A DNA stretch of 64,000 nt from a candidate division FCPU426 bacterium (lineage in GTDB: Bacteria > Oederibacteriota > Muellerivitia > Muellerivitales > Muellerivitaceae). The stretch lies in the NCBI GenBank assembly GCA_963719085.1, contig CAVRAL010000004.1:832001-896000 (forward strand). Reading direction: 5' to 3'. The notes beneath the pieces are model-generated. The model had not been told where the DNA came from and searched no databases. It saw only the letters and a program-made list of their open reading frames with translations. Shown here one piece after another: positions 58,085 to 64,000 of this stretch. A program made the translations under genes and the position numbers. Position 1 is the stretch's first letter. Each line of letters begins with the position of its first letter.

Positions 58085-58660
58085 ATGATCTTCTTCATCT
58101 GGTTCCTCAATCTCGGCATCAGCATCTGGAACTCCTACTCGGTGGGCAAAGTCTGGGTTGAGGCCAAGCACGCTGGCGGCGGGTACCAATTCATGGCCTG
58201 GATGGGATATCTCATGGCCTCCATCGGCTTTAGCTACGACATCCTCATTGTGGTGGGGCTTTACCTGCAAGGGGTGGGCAAGATCACCCCGGATCAGCTC
58301 CAACTATTCTTTAACATGGGCGAGGTGCTCCTCATTCCCGCGATCCTCTTTTCGGGCTATGCCATCATGTTCCAAAGCTGGGCTAACGCTTATCGCAACC
58401 ACTCGATTCCCAACATGGGCATCGCCGCTTACAACACCTACGCGAATATCCACAATACCTTCAACGCGGTCAGTACTTTTCCGCACGCTTTTGGCAGTGT
58501 GTTCAAGGCTTTGACTGGCGGAGACAGCAAGAACAAGGGAAGCGGCCTTATTATTTTTGTGGCGATCTGCTGCGTCTTCTCCGGCTTCATCGTGGCGGGG
58601 CTCATCGTCCATTATGTCGCGGGGCGGAACACCGAAGTCCCCGACCGGGTTGTTTCTTAA
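58085..58660 (+). CDS. Hypothetical multi-TM membrane protein
   Basis: About four hydrophobic helices and a GGAG RBS. Codon usage is GC-richer than its neighbours. Confidence 0.65.
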   Translation: MIFFIWFLNLGISIWNSYSVGKVWVEAKHAGGGYQFMAWMGYLMASIGFSYDILIVVGLYLQGVGKITPDQLQLFFNMGEVLLIPAILFSGYAIMFQSWANAYRNHSIPNMGIAAYNTYANIHNTFNAVSTFPHAFGSVFKALTGGDSKNKGSGLIIFVAICCVFSGFIVAGLIVHYVAGRNTEVPDRVVS

Positions 58661-58794
58661 TAATTCAAAGATGTGAGAAGTGCCATTTCACCATTCGTTT
58701 GACTTAATAATGACTATGCCAAATATTGTTTGATTTGGAGCGGATTCACGGGTAGTATACGGGTGTATTCCAATAAAACATCCAGTGTGAACCC

Positions 58795-59652
58795 GTGCCA
58801 GACGAATCTTTCGAACTTCCTCAATTAGTCGATGATGGTTTATTCACGCCCGAAATTAAACCCCACTCCTTGGAAAAATATCGCGCGCTTAGTTATATCC
58901 TCAAGATTTTCACTACGAGCATGAAGAGCAAATGGAAAAATCGAGTTTATATCGATTTGTTTTCAGGGGCCGGTCGTTCAAGGTTGGAAGATAAAGAAAT
59001 AATTGTTCCAGGCTCCCCTTTGCTCGCTTTGGGAGTACAGGACCCCTTTGATAAGTATATTTTTTGTGAAAAAGAAACGGAATTGTGCTCCGTTTTGAAT
59101 CAACGGGTCTTGGCCAAATATGAGTCTGCGAAATTCACGATTATTTCGGGTGACGTTAACCAAAACGTCGGATCAATCTTGACCGAGATCCCGAAATTCG
59201 GGAAAGGAAGTTCTTGCCTTTCCTTTTGTCTTGTTGACCCCTATAAAATCGGACAGTTGAGTTTTTCGACGATAAGTGAACTAAGTGCCGTATTCATGGA
59301 TTTTTTGGTTTTGATCCCATCATTTATGGACGTGAGACGGAATCAAGCCATCTATTTGCAAGAGGATGACTCTTCGATAGCGACGTTCGTCGGCGATCTG
59401 ACTTGGCGGGCCAAGTGGGCGGAAAGCGAGCGTAAGGGGATAAAAATCGGTCTTTTTATTCTCGACCATTTTGGTCAGAAAATGAAAGAGCTGGGTTACT
59501 TATACCCCGGTCCAGAGGATGCGGTTACTATATGCGTAGATGGAATGAGCGTTCCGCTATATCACCTCTACCTGTTCAGCAAGAATCCAAGAGGGGTGGA
59601 TTTCTGGCGTAAAACAACCAGTCGTTTTACTGATCAACCAAGACTTCTATAG
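58795..59652 (+). CDS. tcmP: Three-Cys-motif partner protein (TcmP-like, SAM-dependent MTase fold)
   Basis: Motifs HS..K, YIDLFSGAG, GSPLLAL, GDVN and LVDPY. Adjacent to the DUF5131 gene. Confidence 0.82.
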   Translation: MPDESFELPQLVDDGLFTPEIKPHSLEKYRALSYILKIFTTSMKSKWKNRVYIDLFSGAGRSRLEDKEIIVPGSPLLALGVQDPFDKYIFCEKETELCSVLNQRVLAKYESAKFTIISGDVNQNVGSILTEIPKFGKGSSCLSFCLVDPYKIGQLSFSTISELSAVFMDFLVLIPSFMDVRRNQAIYLQEDDSSIATFVGDLTWRAKWAESERKGIKIGLFILDHFGQKMKELGYLYPGPEDAVTICVDGMSVPLYHLYLFSKNPRGVDFWRKTTSRFTDQPRLL

Positions 59653-59660
59653 GAGCATTC

Positions 59661-60401
59661 ATGGCTGAAACTTCCACGATTGAATGGACCAACGCTACTT
59701 GGAATCCCGTGACCGGATGCCATAAAGTCAGCGCGGGATGCGCCAACTGTTACGCGGAACGTTTTGCCGAAAGATGGCGGGGAATTCCCGGGCATCCGTA
59801 CGAGCAAGGGTTTGATTTAAAAACTTGGCCTGAAAGGCTGAATCTTCCCTTGGGCTGGAAAGATTCCAGGACGATCTTTGTTAACTCCATGTCCGACCTG
59901 TTCCACCAGGACATTCCCTTAAAGTTCGTGAAACAGGTTTTTGAAGTCATGAACAAGGCCCATTGGCATCAATTTCAGGTGTTGACCAAAAGAGCCGACC
60001 GCCTTGAAAAATTAGGCGCCCATTTGAAGTGGACCCCGAATATTTGGATGGGGGTAAGCGTTGAATCCGAAAAATTTGCTTATAGGATCGATTCGCTTCG
60101 AAAGACAAAGGCCAAGGTGAAGTTTCTTTCTTTAGAACCCCTGCTGGGGCCCCTACCGCGTTTAAAGCTGAGGGGCATCCATTGGGCCATCGTGGGGGGC
60201 GAATCCGGTCCTGGCGCCAGGCCGATGGAAAAAGAATGGGTGATTGATATCCGTAAACAATGTGTGAAGGCAAAAGTTCCTTTCTTTTTCAAACAATGGG
60301 GTGGCGTCTGGAAGAAAAAGAACGGGCGGGTACTGGACGGGCGAACCTGGAATCAAATGCCGAAATCCAACCGAAAAATGGAATTGATTTCCGCTAAATA
60401 G
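59661..60401 (+). CDS. DUF5131 / phage Gp37-Gp68 radical-SAM-like protein
   Basis: Motifs IEWT..TWNPVTGC.KVS.GC.NCYA, FVNSMSDLFH, EPLLG, VGGESG and FFFKQWGG. Confidence 0.92.
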   Translation: MAETSTIEWTNATWNPVTGCHKVSAGCANCYAERFAERWRGIPGHPYEQGFDLKTWPERLNLPLGWKDSRTIFVNSMSDLFHQDIPLKFVKQVFEVMNKAHWHQFQVLTKRADRLEKLGAHLKWTPNIWMGVSVESEKFAYRIDSLRKTKAKVKFLSLEPLLGPLPRLKLRGIHWAIVGGESGPGARPMEKEWVIDIRKQCVKAKVPFFFKQWGGVWKKKNGRVLDGRTWNQMPKSNRKMELISAK

Positions 60402-60424
60402 CGAGCCGATGAGAAATTCTAAAT

Positions 60425-60766
60425 ATGAAAAATAAGAAAGTTTCGAAATATTATTCAAGAGACCGGGTTGTCGAAAAAATTTCGGCGAAGAAAAACCCTA
60501 GGTCATCGCGTCCTCGGCTTCAAGCGACCATCACAAAGGCCTGGTTCGGGAAAAAATCGGACCGGGCGGATTTAGACTATTGGTTAAGCAGGCCTCCCTC
60601 GGAGCGTATTGAGGCCGTGGAATTCCTGCGAAAGAAGCATTATGGAAGCTCAACCCGACTTCAAAGAACTGTCCAGGTTATTAAATCGGCGCAACATGCG
60701 ACGGAAAAACGGGCTGCGGGGCGGAAAAAAGATTTGGCGGATTTAGAAGCGATGGGTGAAGAATGA
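60425..60766 (+). pseudogene. Collapsed antitoxin-like/nucleotidyltransferase gene pair (chimeric ORF)
   Basis: DLDYWLSRPPSERIEAVE..R runs into the NTase-like C-terminus KRAAGRKKDLADLE. The NTase-like start MEAQPDFKEL lies at 60642 in another frame. Confidence 0.65.
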
Positions 60767-60853
60767 CCTCTCAATGGGGCAGGTTGTCTAATTAAGCCAA
60801 TGAAAAAAAGGTCGAAGACGCTGAGGCGGTTCCAGTCTCAACCGAAATAACCA

Positions 60854-61447
60854 TTAATTTTTAAGGTTTTTCGGCACGGCCAGCAGGGTGAAGTCATTCA
60901 CCTTATCCCAAACTTTTTTGAAGTTGATCAAGGGCATGGCCAGCTCGCCCCGGACCGGGTCCAGCAGGACAATCGTATTGGTGCCTTCGTCATAACCCAC
61001 CGCTAAAACATAGTGGTTTTTGTCAGGTCCGTTTCCCTCAACCATCACAATCAAGGGCCTTTTGAGGTCCAAATGGCGGTAAAGCCCCGAGAACTTGCGG
61101 TCTAAGGTGCCTGAAAAGACCGCCACGAAATAGCCCTGTTCCTCTAAAACCCGCTTTAAGGTCGATCCGGTTATGCCTTTTTCCTGATTGGCTTCCTTCT
61201 TGAGCCGCGCTTCCTGATCCGGCGTTAACAGCGCGTTGTAATAGCGCGTCAGCATTTCCAAAGCCACTTCGCCGCAAAGGTTGGGGGAGGTTTGGCGCAC
61301 CACGGGAAGATCCAAAAGAACGGCTTGGTCGGAAAGCGTCTTCATTCCTGAAGTCGTGGCGCAGCTGATTGAAAGAAGTGAAAGACCTAAGAGAAGAGCG
61401 GGCGAATAAAAGTTTTTAAGGTTCAAAGTTTGGCTTTCGTGAGGCAA
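60854..61447 (-). CDS. Peptidase C39-like lipoprotein
   Basis: Lipobox SISC, Q...LCG catalytic Cys, HYVL, and LLDP. Confidence 0.82.
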   Translation of the reverse strand: MPHESQTLNLKNFYSPALLLGLSLLSISCATTSGMKTLSDQAVLLDLPVVRQTSPNLCGEVALEMLTRYYNALLTPDQEARLKKEANQEKGITGSTLKRVLEEQGYFVAVFSGTLDRKFSGLYRHLDLKRPLIVMVEGNGPDKNHYVLAVGYDEGTNTIVLLDPVRGELAMPLINFKKVWDKVNDFTLLAVPKNLKN

Positions 61448-61637
61448 TCAATTTGAGAAGCCCAGTGTAGTGGGCGCGGGAGCGAATAAATAGAAGCGGG
61501 AAAACTTTTAGGCGAAAAAAAGAAACTATCAGAATGATAGCGGTGAAATAAAAAGGGATTGTCTATTCGTATTTCACGAAAAGGTTTCTAGAGTGTGGTT
61601 GAAGTCAATTGAGGATTTTTTTGAAAAGGCGGACGTG

Positions 61638-61976
61638 ATGAAAAAGATTATAGCTTTGGCAGCGGTGATTTGTTTGGTGTTAATGGGAGTGACCCAAAAA
61701 GCGGCGGCGGGCCCGGTGCCGCTTTCGGCGCAAGAAAGTTCCCAGTTGAACGAGCTTTCGGGCAACAGCCATCTTCTTAATTTAAAAGCCGGCGGTTCTT
61801 TTCCGGATATGCCGAGGGCGATGGAAGCGCGGGAAGAATCATCCTTGAAAGAGCTGGAAGCCGGAACGCCGAACTTGTCCCATTTGAAAGCCGGAGACGG
61901 CCCGGGAACCGTGCTGGTGTGGGTGATCGTCATTTGCGTCTGCGTGGTGCTTTTGCGAATCGTTGGAGTTTTTTAA
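61638..61976 (+). CDS. Small exported protein with two LKAG-ending repeats and C-terminal TM helix
   Basis: Signal peptide, repeats ESSQLNEL...NLKAGG and ESSLKEL...HLKAGD, and a hydrophobic tail. Confidence 0.7.
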   Translation: MKKIIALAAVICLVLMGVTQKAAAGPVPLSAQESSQLNELSGNSHLLNLKAGGSFPDMPRAMEAREESSLKELEAGTPNLSHLKAGDGPGTVLVWVIVICVCVVLLRIVGVF

Positions 61977-62009
61977 GAGGCTGTTGATCCCTTTAACGCC
62001 CGCCCAATG

Positions 62010-62048
62010 AAAAAAGGCCCCCGTTTGCCTAGGCAACCGGGAGCCTCC
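62010..62048 (-). terminator. Probable terminator between convergent genes
   Basis: A-tract followed by an imperfect GGCCCCCG..TTGCC / GGCAA..CGGGAGCC hairpin. Confidence 0.55.
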
Positions 62049-62101
62049 TTCGTTTCGACCCTTCCGAACCGTAACCCTTAGACAAAGCACAGGGGTAAAT
62101 C

Positions 62102-62917
62102 TTATTTTCCCAGTAGTTCTTTTCCACGAAGAATGCGGATCGGGTTTGCTTTGATCAGATCCCGCTTTTGGACCGCGGTAAGCAATTTCGTTTCTTTGTG
62201 ATTTTGCTGCTCCGCCCACCGAGCGTAAGCCACCATTTTAGGAAACAGGTTATCGGAGGAGTCGTCGGGCGCCAAATCCGTTCCTGTGATGACCAAGAGG
62301 CGATAGAGCCAGAAATATAATTGTTCTCCCGGCCTTACCTCCACGGATTCGGGCGCGTTGAGGAGTGTGGTTTGGATGAGGCGAAGCGACCCGTCTTTTC
62401 CGGCATCAATCACGTCATTAACGCCGATGGAGTCCGTATTCACCATCACGGCCTTAAAGGAATCGGGTCCCGGAGCGGACAGGAAAAAGATCCATTGGCC
62501 CATTTCGGCGTCCAGGCCATTGCCTCCATTACAGAACATGACAGCAAAATCAGGCTTTCCGTCGCGATTAAAATCACCTTCTAAGACACAGGATCCCCAA
62601 TTGGGATCATCGAAATCGCCAACTCTTGCCAAGACCTGTCCTTGAGACCCGAGGAAGCTGATTTTCCCGCTCTCGGGCTCATAGTGAATCGTGGAGCCTG
62701 TGTCCAATTTAAAGTCTAAGCTAGTGTGGTCCTTATTCCATCCTGGATCGAGGATTACTTTATAAGGAAAGGCTTTCGGTTCTTCGCCGGCATGATAGGG
62801 GCCGAAGCCATCGGGATAAGCTCGCGCGGCGGGGGGGATGGTTAGGCCCCAAGTCAAAATCATAAGGCTGATCAAAATTCGAGGGTTAATGGGCATTGGT
62901 TTTAAATATCCCCTCAT
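62102..62917 (-). CDS. Secreted hypothetical protein with one FG-GAP-like motif
   Basis: Signal peptide and GDFNRDGKPDFAV. The start is uncertain. Confidence 0.6.
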   Translation of the reverse strand: MRGYLKPMPINPRILISLMILTWGLTIPPAARAYPDGFGPYHAGEEPKAFPYKVILDPGWNKDHTSLDFKLDTGSTIHYEPESGKISFLGSQGQVLARVGDFDDPNWGSCVLEGDFNRDGKPDFAVMFCNGGNGLDAEMGQWIFFLSAPGPDSFKAVMVNTDSIGVNDVIDAGKDGSLRLIQTTLLNAPESVEVRPGEQLYFWLYRLLVITGTDLAPDDSSDNLFPKMVAYARWAEQQNHKETKLLTAVQKRDLIKANPIRILRGKELLGK

Positions 62918-63659
62918 ATTCTTTTTGACTGATTTGTTTGAAAGTATCGTCGGAGTTCGCGAAAGTCACTGGACTTGAATTATTCGTGCCCACTAAAAAA
63001 TATCGCCGTTGGTAAGCCAGCTCATCAACATTCTCAAGGAACATTTCGCGCCTCAAATAGTAGGTTCCGTTGGTTAAACGGACCTTGCAGGATTCGGATA
63101 TTTTATCCAGAGGTTCGATTTCGTCCGGTCCCTCGTCCCAAAGGCTGAATATGCCCCACCCTTGTTCCAGGAGAGGCTGATTGATGATATCGGACCAAAG
63201 GCTGGAACCATCAGCTTTTTTCCCTGGGGTTTTTTCGAAAGAACCGTCCACGAGCTTCTCCATTGTATTGTCACTGGTTATGCAATAAACGGTTCCATCA
63301 AAAGGATAAACCGTATCGTCACCGACTTGAAGAACGGGAAGCTCATATTGCCCCACCTTTCCGGCCTTCATCACCAGGATATGGACTACGCGTTTTTGTT
63401 TTTCGGATTCGTTGAGGCCGCTCCCTGGGGCGATGGAATCATCCGCGATTTCAATTCTTCCATAAAAGTCAATGTTGATGCCGACGATCAGCTCATCCCC
63501 CTTCCAATAGGCTTGTAAGTTTTCGGCTGAGGAACGAATGATGTACCGGGCAGGCGGCTGGGCGGTGGAATTAGTTTGCCCGGCGAAAAAGAAAATAACG
63601 GCCATCAAGTTTGGGATGAGAAAGGCAAGGATTCGGCGGGGAGATAATCGAAGGGTCAT
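62886..63659 (-). CDS. Secreted hypothetical protein
   Basis: Long ORF with an N-terminal signal-like helix and a GCAGGA RBS. Confidence 0.55.
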   Translation of the reverse strand: MTLRLSPRRILAFLIPNLMAVIFFFAGQTNSTAQPPARYIIRSSAENLQAYWKGDELIVGINIDFYGRIEIADDSIAPGSGLNESEKQKRVVHILVMKAGKVGQYELPVLQVGDDTVYPFDGTVYCITSDNTMEKLVDGSFEKTPGKKADGSSLWSDIINQPLLEQGWGIFSLWDEGPDEIEPLDKISESCKVRLTNGTYYLRREMFLENVDELAYQRRYFLVGTNNSSPVTFANSDDTFKQISQKEYEGIFKTNAH

Positions 63660-63754
63660 AAGTTCCTGCTTTAAAGTTTAAATATGAATTCAGTATAGAC
63701 TAGGCTTTGGATATTTCCGACGGGTTTTATCGGGGCTTTAAAAGGGGTGGAAAT

Positions 63755-63785
63755 AAAAAAGGCCAAGGGCTTTTGCCCCTGGCCT
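63755..63785 (-). terminator. Intrinsic terminator of HU gene
   Basis: Minus-strand AGGCCAGGGGC / GCCCTTGGCCT hairpin followed by a T-tract. Confidence 0.75.
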
Positions 63786-63803
63786 CGGATTAAAACTTTC
63801 GGA

Positions 63804-64000
63804 TTATTTTCCGAGAACTTCGTCCTTCAAAGCTTTCACCACGCGGAACTTCACGACGCGCTTGGCGGCGATCTTGATGGTCTCGCCGGTGGCCGGGTTG
63901 CGGCCCATGCGGGCTTTGCGGTCCTTCAATTGGAACACGCCGAGGCCGTCGAGCTTGATGACCTTTTCTTTCTTCAAGGTTTTGTAGATCAGGCTGTTCA
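63804..64000 (-). CDS. hup: HU family DNA-binding protein (5' partial; absent from ORF track)
   Basis: Minus strand reads ...GLGVFQLKDRKARMGRNPATGETIKIAAKRVVKFR...GK*. Confidence 0.93.
   Translation of the reverse strand, partial: NSLIYKTLKKEKVIKLDGLGVFQLKDRKARMGRNPATGETIKIAAKRVVKFRVVKALKDEVLGK

Noticed and set aside
54720..60800. Prophage or integrative element
   Set aside because: No integrase, transposase, structural genes, tRNA or att repeats are seen. DUF5131 alone does not indicate a phage.

Overview
Chromosomal window from a GC-rich, diderm bacterium (it has several beta-barrel outer-membrane proteins and Thr/Pro-rich lipoproteins). Most of it is housekeeping and accessory genes: xth, a three-gene prepilin cluster including a ~1295-aa giant pilin, a DUF5939-type cyclase, a NitT/TauT-like ABC pair, gnd, korAB-FNR-Sdh, pit, signalling proteins, a fatty-acid desaturase and HU. 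An AT-richer putative defence island lies at ~54.7-60.8 kb. The strongest find is a ~450-nt structured intergenic RNA at ~49.38-49.83 kb. Its motif order matches the OLE RNA class as I recall it, but OLE is known from Gram-positive Bacillota; here it is shortened, outside the usual ispA locus and directly upstream of a desaturase. Other notable items are a self-contained transcription unit for a 15-aa poly-lysine peptide, a stand-alone NuoL/NuoM pair missing key proton-translocating residues, and a 47-bp-period hairpin array without cas genes. There is also a readable tandem-duplication scar around two porins, a sigma54-driven degenerate EAL protein, a C39 peptidase next to a candidate substrate, two collapsed toxin-antitoxin relics and several REP-like palindrome families. 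All family calls come from motif recognition; no database searches were run.
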